A stretch of 64,000 nucleotides of DNA from Patescibacteria group bacterium (lineage in GTDB: Bacteria > Patescibacteriota > Microgenomatia > UBA10105 > UBA927), in NCBI GenBank assembly GCA_038062895.1, contig JBBTWJ010000014.1, positions 4,036-68,035 of the forward strand, given 5' to 3'. Of the stretch, positions 18,467 to 28,217 are shown piece by piece. The notes beneath the pieces were generated by a model. It made no database searches and had not been told where the DNA came from. It saw nothing but the letters and a program-made list of their open reading frames with translations. Positions within the stretch are counted from its first letter, which is position 1. Every line of letters begins with the position of its first letter. The position numbers and the translations under genes were made by a program.

Positions 18467-20374
18467 TCATTTAGTCAATTTGTTATTTTCGTCAACGGTG
18501 GCATAAATCCGTCGTATCCCCGCTCCTGCGGATTCTTCTTTGATAATCTTGAACGTACCCAACTGCCCTGTAGCGGTCACATGCGGCCCACCGCAAAATT
18601 CCGCGGAGAAAAAGTCGTTCTCCGGTCCCACCACATACACACTGACCCGCTCCGGATACTTGTGGCCGAATTCCATCTGAGCGCCGAGCTTCTCCGCCTC
18701 TTCCCGTAGCATTTCCCTGCGTACCACCGGTAAATTCTCCGATATCTTCCCGTTGACTAATGTTTCGACATCCATGAGTGTTTCCGGAGTCAGTTTTTCC
18801 CCGTAGTTAAAGTCCAGCCGCAGCCTTTCGGCGGTGATATTGCTGCCACGCTGTTTAATGTTAGGATCGACGATTTTTTGGAGCGATGATAATAACAAAT
18901 GATGCGCCGTATGCAGTTTGACCGTCTGTTCACTTTTATCCGCAAGCCCACCTTTAAACATACCCTTTGCCGCGGTGCGGGAAAGCTCCCTGTGAGTATT
19001 TTCTACATCTATAAATTCTTTTTCATCTCGAGATGTAAATTCTTGATTTTTTTTAAAAAGTATCTCTTTTGTTAATTCCAATGGAAAACCATCTGTTTGA
19101 TACAAATCGAAGGCAATTAATCCCCCGATACGCGTATAACTTAAATATTTTTCTAACTTCTTTAGTCCTCGATCTAACGAATTTCCAAATTTTTCTCCTT
19201 CTTCATCAATGATATCGCATATCAACGGCCAATTTTCAGTTACTTCTGGATACACCTCCTGAAATTCTTTACAAAGTAGAGATAAAATACTACCGTTTAA
19301 TCCAAAACCAAGAAGATGACAATGATACATAGCCCTTCTTAACAGCTTACGCAATACATAATCAGCTTTTTGTTTTCCTGGCCTAACACCATCAATAATT
19401 ATCATTGCAGACGCCCGCAAGTGATCAGCTATTATTCTCATGCTCCGTGTTGCGTTTTCATTAATTCCATATTTTTTGTGTGTTTCCTTTTCAATTCTGT
19501 CTATTATTCCTAAAAATATATCAATTTTAAACACGTCCGGATCATCATTCGTCACGGCTACCAACCGTTCGAGCCCCCCGCCGAAATCCACATTCTTTTG
19601 CGCAAGTTCTTTGAGTGATCCATCTGCTTGCTTTTGATATTGCATGAAGACGGAGTTGGCTATTTCCATATATCGCCCACAATCGCAGTTGGGGTGACAG
19701 ACCTCATCTTTCCATGGAGATTTCTCATGAAGCCCCCGCTCCGGTCCGAAGTCAAAAAACACCTCGCTATCCGGTCCTCCCGGTTCGCCGGCGGGCATGG
19801 CTTCCGGTTCACCGGAACGCGACCACCAATTCTTGCGAGCATTATACGTAAAGATGCGAGCGCCCGCCGATGAGGCGCGGTCTGCTACTTCAGCCTCTAT
19901 TCCTACTCCCGCGAAAATCTCTTTCCAAATACCTATGGACTCTGTATCTTTGGGTATCAGAGATTTCCCTTCTCTGGCGGAGCCAGATCCGGCTTCGCCG
20001 GAAAACACACTGACAAAAAGCCGTTGTGGATCCAACGCTAATTCTTTCGTCAAAAATTCAAAAATCCAAGACAACTGTTCTTTTTTAAAATAATCCCCAA
20101 ACGACCAATTACCCAACATTTCAAAAAATGTCGTATGCCGGTTATCCCCGACTTCTTCTATATCCTGTGCCCGGAAGGATTTTTGACTGTCGACAATTCT
20201 CGTTCCCGACGGATGGGGTTGGCCTAAGAGATACGGGACTAATGGTTGCATGCCCGAGGACGTAAACAGGGTCGTCGGATCGTTTTCCGGCACGAGGGGA
20301 GCCGAAGGAATTTCCACATGTCCCCGCGCTTTATAAAAATCTATAAACTTCTTCCTTACATCCGCCGATTTCAT
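18467..20374 (-). CDS. alaS: alanine--tRNA ligase (short form lacking C-Ala)
   Basis: DPTTLFTSSGMQP, HTTFFEMLGNWSFGDYFK, HTAHHLL, EFCGGPHV. Confidence 0.95.
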   Translation of the reverse strand: MKSADVRKKFIDFYKARGHVEIPSAPLVPENDPTTLFTSSGMQPLVPYLLGQPHPSGTRIVDSQKSFRAQDIEEVGDNRHTTFFEMLGNWSFGDYFKKEQLSWIFEFLTKELALDPQRLFVSVFSGEAGSGSAREGKSLIPKDTESIGIWKEIFAGVGIEAEVADRASSAGARIFTYNARKNWWSRSGEPEAMPAGEPGGPDSEVFFDFGPERGLHEKSPWKDEVCHPNCDCGRYMEIANSVFMQYQKQADGSLKELAQKNVDFGGGLERLVAVTNDDPDVFKIDIFLGIIDRIEKETHKKYGINENATRSMRIIADHLRASAMIIIDGVRPGKQKADYVLRKLLRRAMYHCHLLGFGLNGSILSLLCKEFQEVYPEVTENWPLICDIIDEEGEKFGNSLDRGLKKLEKYLSYTRIGGLIAFDLYQTDGFPLELTKEILFKKNQEFTSRDEKEFIDVENTHRELSRTAAKGMFKGGLADKSEQTVKLHTAHHLLLSSLQKIVDPNIKQRGSNITAERLRLDFNYGEKLTPETLMDVETLVNGKISENLPVVRREMLREEAEKLGAQMEFGHKYPERVSVYVVGPENDFFSAEFCGGPHVTATGQLGTFKIIKEESAGAGIRRIYATVDENNKLTK

Positions 20375-20381
20375 AAATACG

Positions 20382-20399
20382 ATTATAGCATGCTACAAT
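20382..20399. promoter_or_regulatory. back-to-back extended -10 promoters for alaS and the DMT gene
   Basis: ATTATAGCA|TGCTACAAT reads TGCTATAAT on minus and TGCTACAAT on plus, each 7 nt from an ATG. Confidence 0.6.
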
Positions 20400-20406
20400 T
20401 GCACAC

Positions 20407-21252
20407 ATGTGGCTCGTTCTCTCTATCATCGCAGCACTCATGTTCACCGCCCAAAATCTCCTTATGCGGGTCTTGGCAGTCAAAAGTGTCCACCCTCGGA
20501 CGTTTTCGTTCGTTTTTAACGGTTGGGGAACGTTCTTCGCAACCATTCTTCTCCTCATCGAGCGCCCGTCGCTTGCCGGTCTCCCCCAATTTTCATGGAT
20601 TCAAGTACTTCTGATTATCGGCGCAACCTTGGGATATGGATTCTATGAACGAACGCATTTTTTAGCAAGAAAAGAATTGGATGCTTCTACCACCGCCATC
20701 TTGTTTCGGTTAACTCCTGTGATCACGTTTGTCGGTGCAATGCTTTTTCTCCATGAATCATTTACCATCACAAAACTCGTGGGGGCCACGATCCTCATCG
20801 GAGCGTCATTGGTCGTTGTACACAAAAACCCCAAACTACAGGCAAGCAGGGCCGTATGGATCGCCGTCTTTGCAGCCGTCATGCTCGGGCTTGCCGGAGT
20901 GTTTGATAAACCTGCATCGCAGGGAATTCCAGCTAATCTCTATAGCGTCGCACTGTGGGGGTTGTCGCTTATTATTGTCGCATTTCCTACAATCTCTCTT
21001 TCCCAACTCAAGACCGAATTTATCATTGGTGGCTGGAAGGTCGCACTGACTGCGCTTCTCAATGTCATCGGGTTTGTTTTCTACGTGCAGGCACTCTCGT
21101 TGGCCGATGCGTCCCTTGTGGCCCCGGTTACGTCATCATCCGGCACACTCACGGTCCTTGCCGGTATTTTCATCCTAAAGGAAAAATCCTTTGTGAAGAG
21201 AAAAATCCTCGCCGGGATTCTCATGGTGATCGGAGTCATAATGCTTCGATGA
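20407..21252 (+). CDS. EamA/DMT family transporter
   Basis: 10-TM duplicated pattern; LFLHESFT and IFILKEK motifs. Confidence 0.85.
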   Translation: MWLVLSIIAALMFTAQNLLMRVLAVKSVHPRTFSFVFNGWGTFFATILLLIERPSLAGLPQFSWIQVLLIIGATLGYGFYERTHFLARKELDASTTAILFRLTPVITFVGAMLFLHESFTITKLVGATILIGASLVVVHKNPKLQASRAVWIAVFAAVMLGLAGVFDKPASQGIPANLYSVALWGLSLIIVAFPTISLSQLKTEFIIGGWKVALTALLNVIGFVFYVQALSLADASLVAPVTSSSGTLTVLAGIFILKEKSFVKRKILAGILMVIGVIMLR

Positions 21253-21263
21253 CAGAATTCGCA

Positions 21264-22475
21264 TCAGATAACCCCTAGTTCCCGGCCGACTGCGGCAAAC
21301 GCGGACAACCCGAAATCTAAATCTGTTTTACTGTGTGTGGCCGACGGCATCGCGCGGATACGTGCTTTTCCGAGGGCCACCATCGGAAACTTAATCGGAG
21401 TAGCAAATACCCGGCGCGCGAATAACTTCGCGCTAAATTCTTTCGCAAGGTTTTCTTCCCCCAACATGACCGGCGTGATCGGCGTTTCCGTCTGTCCCGT
21501 ATCAAATCCGAATTTGGTGAGTCCTTCACGCAGATACTTGGCATTGCTCCATAGTTTTTTCACGAGGACATTTGACCGCGAGAGTATCTCAACTCCCTTG
21601 ATAACCGCTGCAGTATCGGCAACACTCAAGCCCGTGGAAAATAGATACGGCCGTCCTTTTTGACGGTAATACTCTATCAGATCCCTTTTACCCGTAATCA
21701 CACCGCCCAAGACCCCGAACGCTTTGGACAAGGTTCCAACCTCGATGTCCAGTTGTCCCTCTAGATGAAAATGGTGCGCGATGCCCCTTCCTTCGCCCAA
21801 CACGCCCTCGCCATGGGCATCATCGACCATCGTGATGGCACCATATTGTTTGGCAAGCCCCACAATCCGAGGAAGGGGGGCAATATCCCCGTCCATGGAA
21901 AATACTCCGTCGGATATGATGAGGATGATCGGTGGACGCTCCCCGGGCTTTTGCAGCGTTTTGGTGAGTAGGACGGATTCCTTGAGACGCGCCTCAAGCT
22001 CACCCATATCTTTATGTTTATAGATAAATTTATTTTTCACTTGGGCAAGCTTGATGGCATCGATGATGCTTGCATGATTGAGCTCATCGGAAATGACGAT
22101 ATCGTCTTTGCCCACGATGGTCGCAATGGCCACAATATTAGCGATGAATCCGCCCGGCAGGAGAAATGCCGCTTCGGCGCCTTTCAGTTTGGCGAGAATA
22201 GCTTCCGCCTCCATATGGAGTTTGAGATTCCCGGAAATCGGCCGGACGGCGCCAGGTCCGACACCATATTTCTTCACCGCGGCGACAGCTGCCCTCACCA
22301 ACCGCTTGTCCTGGGCAAACCCGAGATAGTTATTGGAGCACAAATTCAGAAGCTTCTTACCGTCAATCGTAAACCACGGCCCCTGCGCCGACTCGAGCAC
22401 CCGCACGGGCGTATAAAGGCCCTTCTGCTTCATATCCTCAATGGTGTCGTAATATGATTGCAACGGATCAAGCAT
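21264..22475 (-). CDS. kbl: glycine C-acetyltransferase / 8-amino-7-oxononanoate synthase family (PLP)
   Basis: CSNNYLG, DELNHASIID, DGVFSMDGD, DDAHG, GTLSKA. Confidence 0.85.
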   Translation of the reverse strand: MLDPLQSYYDTIEDMKQKGLYTPVRVLESAQGPWFTIDGKKLLNLCSNNYLGFAQDKRLVRAAVAAVKKYGVGPGAVRPISGNLKLHMEAEAILAKLKGAEAAFLLPGGFIANIVAIATIVGKDDIVISDELNHASIIDAIKLAQVKNKFIYKHKDMGELEARLKESVLLTKTLQKPGERPPIILIISDGVFSMDGDIAPLPRIVGLAKQYGAITMVDDAHGEGVLGEGRGIAHHFHLEGQLDIEVGTLSKAFGVLGGVITGKRDLIEYYRQKGRPYLFSTGLSVADTAAVIKGVEILSRSNVLVKKLWSNAKYLREGLTKFGFDTGQTETPITPVMLGEENLAKEFSAKLFARRVFATPIKFPMVALGKARIRAMPSATHSKTDLDFGLSAFAAVGRELGVI

Positions 22476-22479
22476 AAAA

Positions 22480-22662
22480 TTATCCTTTTACCTCTTTGGT
22501 AGGCTCTACATTAATTGATTCACCACAGCTCAATGATTCTGGAAATAATTCAGATTTAGTATTATCGAATATCACTTCACCAAGTATGCCCGATGCTAGA
22601 TCACCATTTATTGGAGGACCCGATTCAACTAATGCTGCCAATGTATTCAACCAATCTGACAT
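22480..22662 (-). CDS. small hypothetical protein
   Basis: 60-aa ORF ending 4 nt before the kbl start; weak support. Confidence 0.3.
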   Translation of the reverse strand: MSDWLNTLAALVESGPPINGDLASGILGEVIFDNTKSELFPESLSCGESINVEPTKEVKG

Positions 22663-22878
22663 AATTATTCACCAACCTTCCGTTTCAAAACATAAATACA
22701 TTTTCCAACTGTATATATTAGTCTGATACAGTCGACAAAATCACGCGCGCAATCTACTATCTCTCCCTCTACCGTGGACAAAATACACCACGTGGTTTAT
22801 TTTGTCCAAGCTTACCAATGACGTGCATATCACTCCGCAAACTCTGTGATAAAATACACTATGAAAGGGGGTGATACT

Positions 22879-22989
22879 ATGTGTCAAACTTGTGGATGTG
22901 AAGCGTGTAAAACATGCGGCAAAAATATCAAAAAGGGCGTGTGTGAAGGTTGTGGAAAAGCGTCCGGCGACTGTACGTGTAATAAATAA
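22879..22989 (+). CDS. 36-aa Cys-rich metallothionein-like peptide
   Basis: Manual translation MCQTCGCEACKTCGKNIKKGVCEGCGKASGDCTCNK (9 Cys); strong RBS AAGGGGGTGA upstream. Confidence 0.75.
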   Translation: MCQTCGCEACKTCGKNIKKGVCEGCGKASGDCTCNK

Positions 22990-23010
22990 CGATCTGAACC
23001 AACTACTACT

Positions 23011-23460
23011 ATGAAGCGCGGCGTAGATTATATTGGTGTGGGCGTGGGAGCGGCGATCTTCAATCACGAAGGAAAACTTTTTCTGACGCTTCGGGGTAGA
23101 AAAGCAAAAAACGAGACCGGAAAATGGGAAATCCCAGGAGGGAGTGTGGAATTTGGTGAAACGCTTGAAGATGCACTCAAACGCGAAATCACAGAGGAAT
23201 ACGGGATAGAAATAGAGATTGTGGAGCTCCTCGGTGTGTGCAGTCACATCATCCCCGACGAGCATCAGCACTGGGTCTCTCCCACATACATCTGTAAAAT
23301 TATGAAAGGGGAGCCCAAGATTTTAGAACCGGAGAAATGCGCCGCCATCGGATGGTTCACCCGCAAGGAAGCCAAAAAATTACCCCTCTCCATCATCACC
23401 CAGCACGACTTCGTAACCCTTGATCACAAATATCCCAACGGATTTCCAAAAAATTCATGA
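23011..23460 (+). CDS. NUDIX hydrolase
   Basis: Nudix box PGGSVEFGETLEDALKREITEEYG. Confidence 0.92.
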   Translation: MKRGVDYIGVGVGAAIFNHEGKLFLTLRGRKAKNETGKWEIPGGSVEFGETLEDALKREITEEYGIEIEIVELLGVCSHIIPDEHQHWVSPTYICKIMKGEPKILEPEKCAAIGWFTRKEAKKLPLSIITQHDFVTLDHKYPNGFPKNS

Positions 23461-24131
23461 ATCAAAGACTCCAAAGCATCTACGACGGATTTGCATCACA
23501 GAATCGTCAAAAATTTCTCGATAATGATATTGAATTTGATGCCATGTGGGGCAAGCCGATTAAAGGCATCACCCTCCAGATCGATCTTTCTGAAAAAATG
23601 CGCAGCGCCGTAGGTCACCTACAGAAAACACTATCCGAACTCGAACCAAAAGCGCTTCTTCTCACTCCCCGACCCTTTCAACATATCAGTTTCAATCAAG
23701 TGGTCTTCTGGGGCGGACAATACAACCTCGGACACGATCAAGCGTGGGAAGTGATTGAAAAAAATTTTCTCACCGCATTTCAAAAACTCGACAATAAATT
23801 CCCTTCCTTCACTATCTCATTTATCAACCTTATCCCGATGACCTCTGCCATCATCTGGTCCGCCGTTGACCAACACGATGAGATGCAGAGATTACGCACA
23901 CGTCTAAAGGCTAGCCTTCCCTTCCCCAAAGAAACAACCAAAGAAAACACCTTCATCCACACCACCGTTACGCGATACATGTCAAAACTCCGTGACCCGC
24001 AACAGGTATTTAAACTTCTGGAAGAATATCAAGCGCCCATCTCCATGGAGATCAAGGAAATCATACTGCGGAAAGAAAATATATATCCATCGCTTGGCAC
24101 TACAGAACTCGCCCGTATTCGGTTACAATAA
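23457..24131 (+). CDS. 2H phosphoesterase (2'-5' RNA ligase fold)-like protein
   Basis: Two HxS/T motifs: QHISF and IHTTV.RY. Confidence 0.6.
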   Translation: MNQRLQSIYDGFASQNRQKFLDNDIEFDAMWGKPIKGITLQIDLSEKMRSAVGHLQKTLSELEPKALLLTPRPFQHISFNQVVFWGGQYNLGHDQAWEVIEKNFLTAFQKLDNKFPSFTISFINLIPMTSAIIWSAVDQHDEMQRLRTRLKASLPFPKETTKENTFIHTTVTRYMSKLRDPQQVFKLLEEYQAPISMEIKEIILRKENIYPSLGTTELARIRLQ

Positions 24132-24135
24132 TTAC

Positions 24136-24480
24136 ATGAAAATCATTCCATCATCACAAACCAATAAAATTCAGATGTCTCCCACTACCGCGGTCTGGGA
24201 ATTCACTATCGAGGATACATCTATAAGCGGTGCTATTGCAGAAATCAAAGATCGATATCCCGAAAAAGGATTTATCATAAATGAAATTTCCAAAGAACTT
24301 GCCTTCGTGATCGCAGGAAACGGATACGTCGTTACTCCGACTCACAAAAATCCGATACAGGTCGGCGACCTCATTTTTTTGGACAATGGCGAATCTTATG
24401 CATGGGAAACGAGCAGCACGCTCACCCTCTTCATGGCCAACACCCCAAAATTTGACCCGGGGCAGCACAAAAATATATGA
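24136..24480 (+). CDS. cupin-like protein
   Basis: RYPEKG...N..SKELAFVIAGNG...IQVGDLIFL..GE.Y.W. Confidence 0.65.
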   Translation: MKIIPSSQTNKIQMSPTTAVWEFTIEDTSISGAIAEIKDRYPEKGFIINEISKELAFVIAGNGYVVTPTHKNPIQVGDLIFLDNGESYAWETSSTLTLFMANTPKFDPGQHKNI

Positions 24481-25466
24481 AATTATGGCTTGATAGGCCT
24501 GATATTAAAGAATCATTAGATGATTTCCTTCACGATGTCGCCAACGTGTTTCAACTAGGAACCATCAAGAAGTTTTCAAGATTTCCCTTTGGTTACCAAG
24601 AGCTAAATATAAAACTAGAAACGTCCCAAGGTATCTACGCCGTCAAAACTTTCTCCAGAGAAAAACCATTATCACGGGTTAAAGAAAACATTCAAGGATA
24701 TCTCGAGTTTCCAAAATTGGGTATTCCTATGCCAAAACTTCTGGTAACGAACAATAATGAGACCATTCTCATTACAGAAGGAAAACATCAAAAAGTCTAT
24801 ACGTGCGTCATGGAATATTTTGAGGGCAAGTCTTTCCTACAACTACCTGTTACGAAACGCGACGTCATACAAATCACCAAATGTATGGCATACATACATC
24901 AATCAAAACTTAAACCGGCACACTATTACGATACGTTAGGAATAGTTAACTTTGAATATATCTATGAGAAACAAGTTGATACACTTTCCGCGCAGGATAA
25001 CAATGAAATAAAACAAACACTGAAGGAGTTTCAGAGAATAAATCTAACGAAGTTTCATCAAAGTGTCATTCATGGCACTCTGGAACGAGAAAATATTCTA
25101 AAAAATTCTCAAGGAGCCTACTGCATCCTCGATTTAGGATGTATGGACTATAATGCTTCTATCGTTGATATTGCGACGTTTCTGGCAAACTTTACTATCG
25201 ATATGGACGGAGAGGAAACTGTTGAAATGATAAAAGAGTCACTTACCGAATATCAAAAATTTCATATGCTTACTGCAGATGAACGACTGGCATTACCGAT
25301 TCTTATCGAAGCACAATACGCCATTCTGGTAATGGGCATGACGCATGCGATGAAAATGGAACATGATGATAGCAAACAAACAAACCGTTGGTTAGAATTT
25401 GGAAAACACGGCCTAAAAAAATTTCAGGGAATCCACTCCCTGCCTTTACAGAAGCCAATGGGATGA
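24477..25466 (+). CDS. APH / type II homoserine kinase-like phosphotransferase
   Basis: YAVK, VMEYFEG, IHGTLERENIL, ILDLG motifs. Confidence 0.75.
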   Translation: MKLWLDRPDIKESLDDFLHDVANVFQLGTIKKFSRFPFGYQELNIKLETSQGIYAVKTFSREKPLSRVKENIQGYLEFPKLGIPMPKLLVTNNNETILITEGKHQKVYTCVMEYFEGKSFLQLPVTKRDVIQITKCMAYIHQSKLKPAHYYDTLGIVNFEYIYEKQVDTLSAQDNNEIKQTLKEFQRINLTKFHQSVIHGTLERENILKNSQGAYCILDLGCMDYNASIVDIATFLANFTIDMDGEETVEMIKESLTEYQKFHMLTADERLALPILIEAQYAILVMGMTHAMKMEHDDSKQTNRWLEFGKHGLKKFQGIHSLPLQKPMG

Positions 25467-25510
25467 CTACAATAGGGTCCATTCATCAATAAAACTGAAG
25501 TAGAAAAATT

Positions 25511-26500
25511 ATGAACGTAAAAATTGCTGATCTCAAAAATCTCGGACTCAAGGCACTCAAAAAACAAGGCTACAACGACACCGAGGCAGATACCGTCTTG
25601 GGTATGCTCCTGTATGCACAGCTCCGGGGAAACAATCAGGGGATGGTCAAACTCATCGGCAAAGGAATCCCTAAAAATCCTGCGGCTGGCGCCATCACGA
25701 TCGAAAAAGAAACTAAACTTTCCGCCCGCATCAATGGAGCACATAATCCTGGTGCCATCGTTATAAAAAAGGCCATGGATTTGGCTATCACAAAAGCAAA
25801 AGAACACGGGATCGGTATCGTGGGAACCAATACCACTAATAGTTCAACCGGCGCCCTGGGCTACTGGGCCGGACAAATTGCGCGGGAAGGACTTGTCGGA
25901 TTCGTCTTTGCCGGATCACCGGAAACCGTCTGCTATCACGGATCCTTTGAACCGATTTTTGGCACCAATCCTATGGCCATCGGCGTTCCTACTGACGGCG
26001 ATCCGATTGTTTTAGATATGGCTACCGCCACCATGGCCTATTACGGACTCATTGAAGCTAAGACCGCGGGCCGCAAAATCCCGCCCGGCATTGCATACGA
26101 TACTGAAGGAAATTTAACCGATGATCCGGCTAAAGCCATGGATGGGTCTCTCCGGCCATTTGATAAAAGCTACAAAAGCGCGGGGCTTGCCCTCATGGTC
26201 GAGATCCTCACCGGACCATTGGTGGGAGCCTCCTTCACCGGCATCGGCGACACTGCCGCCAACTGGGGAAACCTCGTCTTTGTCATCGATCCGGAAATGC
26301 TTGGCGACCGTAAAGAATTTGCCAAAAATGTTTCGGCTCTCGCCGTCCGCGTGAAGGCGACCAAGAAACTTCCGGGTGTAACAGAAATTCTCATGCCAGG
26401 AGAACGCGGCGATAAACTTACCAAACAACACAAAACCGAAGGCACCATCGATATCGAAGACAATCTCTACCACGCGCTTGAAGAAGCAGCAAAAAATTGA
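25511..26500 (+). CDS. Ldh_2 family oxidoreductase (malate/lactate/ureidoglycolate dehydrogenase-like)
   Basis: AQLRG, KAKEHGIG, FGTNPMAIG, VLDMAT, YKSAGLALMVEIL, MPGE. Confidence 0.88.
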   Translation: MNVKIADLKNLGLKALKKQGYNDTEADTVLGMLLYAQLRGNNQGMVKLIGKGIPKNPAAGAITIEKETKLSARINGAHNPGAIVIKKAMDLAITKAKEHGIGIVGTNTTNSSTGALGYWAGQIAREGLVGFVFAGSPETVCYHGSFEPIFGTNPMAIGVPTDGDPIVLDMATATMAYYGLIEAKTAGRKIPPGIAYDTEGNLTDDPAKAMDGSLRPFDKSYKSAGLALMVEILTGPLVGASFTGIGDTAANWGNLVFVIDPEMLGDRKEFAKNVSALAVRVKATKKLPGVTEILMPGERGDKLTKQHKTEGTIDIEDNLYHALEEAAKN

Positions 26501-27387
26501 TCAATAGCCTAATGCCTTCATTTCATACCATTCGACTATCCCCGGGATTCAAGTTCTCCCTCATGGCTTCCCTATCCTGGGCCATCAGTATTGTTCTCAC
26601 CCGAACCATCCTCACGACCGGCGGGGAAAATGCATACACCCTGGCCTACTGGTCCACGATTCTTGCGACGCCATTTTGGGGCTATATGCTCTTGAGAAAC
26701 AAAAAGGAAGTTACAACATTAAAAAAGGGAGATCTGTATCTTTTTATCATCATGGGACTCATCGGAACCATAGGAGTGTCAATCGTGCAATCTCTGGCGC
26801 TTGCCAGTAGCAACGCGATCAATTATGCATTTCTCATCCGCACGGTCACGGTATTTACCATTCTCTTTGCGGCAGTATTGCTACGCGAACGCATGACGAA
26901 TAAAAAAGGAATACTGGTTACCCTGACGATCCTTGGCGCGTATCTTTTGACGACTGAAGGGCAAAGCTTAAAACTTACCACGGGGGATCTTTTCATCCTC
27001 TTACAAGCCATACTTCTCGCCCTCAATACAATCTTAGGAAAAATTGCTACGAATCGCATGAGCGCAAACGTAAGCGCAGCAGGAAGATTTTTTGCATCGT
27101 TCCTCCCTTTTACCCTCATCACTTGGTATCAGCAAGGACTGCAAGCGCCACACGCAATCCTCCCTGTTTTACTACTGACGGGAGTTTCCATCGTGGTGAC
27201 AACTACTCTTTTCCAAGCGTTTAAGCATGCTTCTGCTTCCTACGTGACGATGATTATGTCCTTCACGCCTGTCTTTGTATCCATCATCTCTATCCCACTT
27301 CTCCACGAGACGCTCTCAACCATGCAGATTCTTGGAGGGATTTTCATCATCGGCGCCGGTGTTGCAGCCGAAAAACTAAAAATATAA
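26497..27387 (+). CDS. EamA/DMT family transporter
   Basis: 10-TM pattern; VLLRERM and PLLHETL motifs. Confidence 0.85.
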   Translation: MINSLMPSFHTIRLSPGFKFSLMASLSWAISIVLTRTILTTGGENAYTLAYWSTILATPFWGYMLLRNKKEVTTLKKGDLYLFIIMGLIGTIGVSIVQSLALASSNAINYAFLIRTVTVFTILFAAVLLRERMTNKKGILVTLTILGAYLLTTEGQSLKLTTGDLFILLQAILLALNTILGKIATNRMSANVSAAGRFFASFLPFTLITWYQQGLQAPHAILPVLLLTGVSIVVTTTLFQAFKHASASYVTMIMSFTPVFVSIISIPLLHETLSTMQILGGIFIIGAGVAAEKLKI

Positions 27388-27395
27388 TACGCTTC

Positions 27396-27782
27396 TTATT
27401 TCCTCTTCGGAAGATTTTTGAAGAATCTTTGACGGATGTGTTTGGTGGTCTCCACACTTTGTTCCTGAAGCTTCTCGATCTGGGCTAGTGCGGTGTCCAA
27501 CCTCTCGGCTGCCACATCAGTAAGGTCTTCCTTTTTTTCTTTGATTTCGCCCACAACCTGCTCTTTGATCTCCTCGCCTTGTTTTACGAGCTCTTTTCCG
27601 CGCTTTTCCATCTCCTCAAGCTTTTCCTGAAGTTCTTCAAGCAAATCTTTTCCTTTATCCTCCAAGACTTTCCCGGTCTTTTTCCCTTCCTTCGTCCCCA
27701 TAAAAAACAGGAGAAGTGCTCCTAAAAGCCCTCCTATGAAAAACCCAAACCAAAATCTATTGTCGTGATTTCCTTTATCCAT
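27396..27782 (-). CDS. YtxH-like protein
   Basis: GFFIGGLLGALLLFF...EGKK followed by a coiled coil. Confidence 0.75.
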   Translation of the reverse strand: MDKGNHDNRFWFGFFIGGLLGALLLFFMGTKEGKKTGKVLEDKGKDLLEELQEKLEEMEKRGKELVKQGEEIKEQVVGEIKEKKEDLTDVAAERLDTALAQIEKLQEQSVETTKHIRQRFFKNLPKRK

Positions 27783-27784
27783 AA

Positions 27785-28042
27785 TTAATCCTCCTGTTTT
27801 TTTCCCCGAAGAGAGGAAAACAATGATAATCCTGCCTTCACCCCACTCATGAGTCCGGCGACACTCGTAAAACCCGCGCTGACTGTACCCGTCACTTTGG
27901 TCGCGTCATCCAGCATGGTGTTCACTTTCTGAAAAGAAGTACGCATTTCTTTGAGGATATACCAAACCTGTACACCGAGGAATACAAACAGTGCCGTGAG
28001 GATGAGACTAACGGCTATGATGGTGAGTTGGACAGGATCCAT
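27785..28042 (-). CDS. small membrane protein (DUF948-like)
   Basis: N-terminal TM plus amphipathic helix, directly upstream of the YtxH-like gene. Confidence 0.6.
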   Translation of the reverse strand: MDPVQLTIIAVSLILTALFVFLGVQVWYILKEMRTSFQKVNTMLDDATKVTGTVSAGFTSVAGLMSGVKAGLSLFSSLRGKKQED

Positions 28043-28059
28043 ATGGGCAGACGTAGTGT

Positions 28060-28181
28060 AAATCCAAAATCCTAATTTCTAAATCCTAAATAAAAATTAA
28101 TGTTAAATGCGTAACTGTTTTGAATTTATAATTTTGAACATTTGGATTTGTTTAGGATTTAGTGCTTAGAATTTAGAATTT
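28060..28181. repeat. heptamer-built inverted-repeat element, empty copy
   Basis: Left arm AAATCCTAATTTCTAAATCCTAAA, right arm TTTAGGATTTAGTGCTTAGAATTT; related copies at 32834-33317 and 38906-39036. Confidence 0.8.
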
Positions 28182-28217
28182 AAGATATATCTAGTATCTC
28201 CTAAACGCTCTACGCTG

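Noticed and set aside
22741-23271. 176-aa minus-strand ORF
   Set aside because: Antisense to the NUDIX gene and the Cys-rich peptide, both better supported
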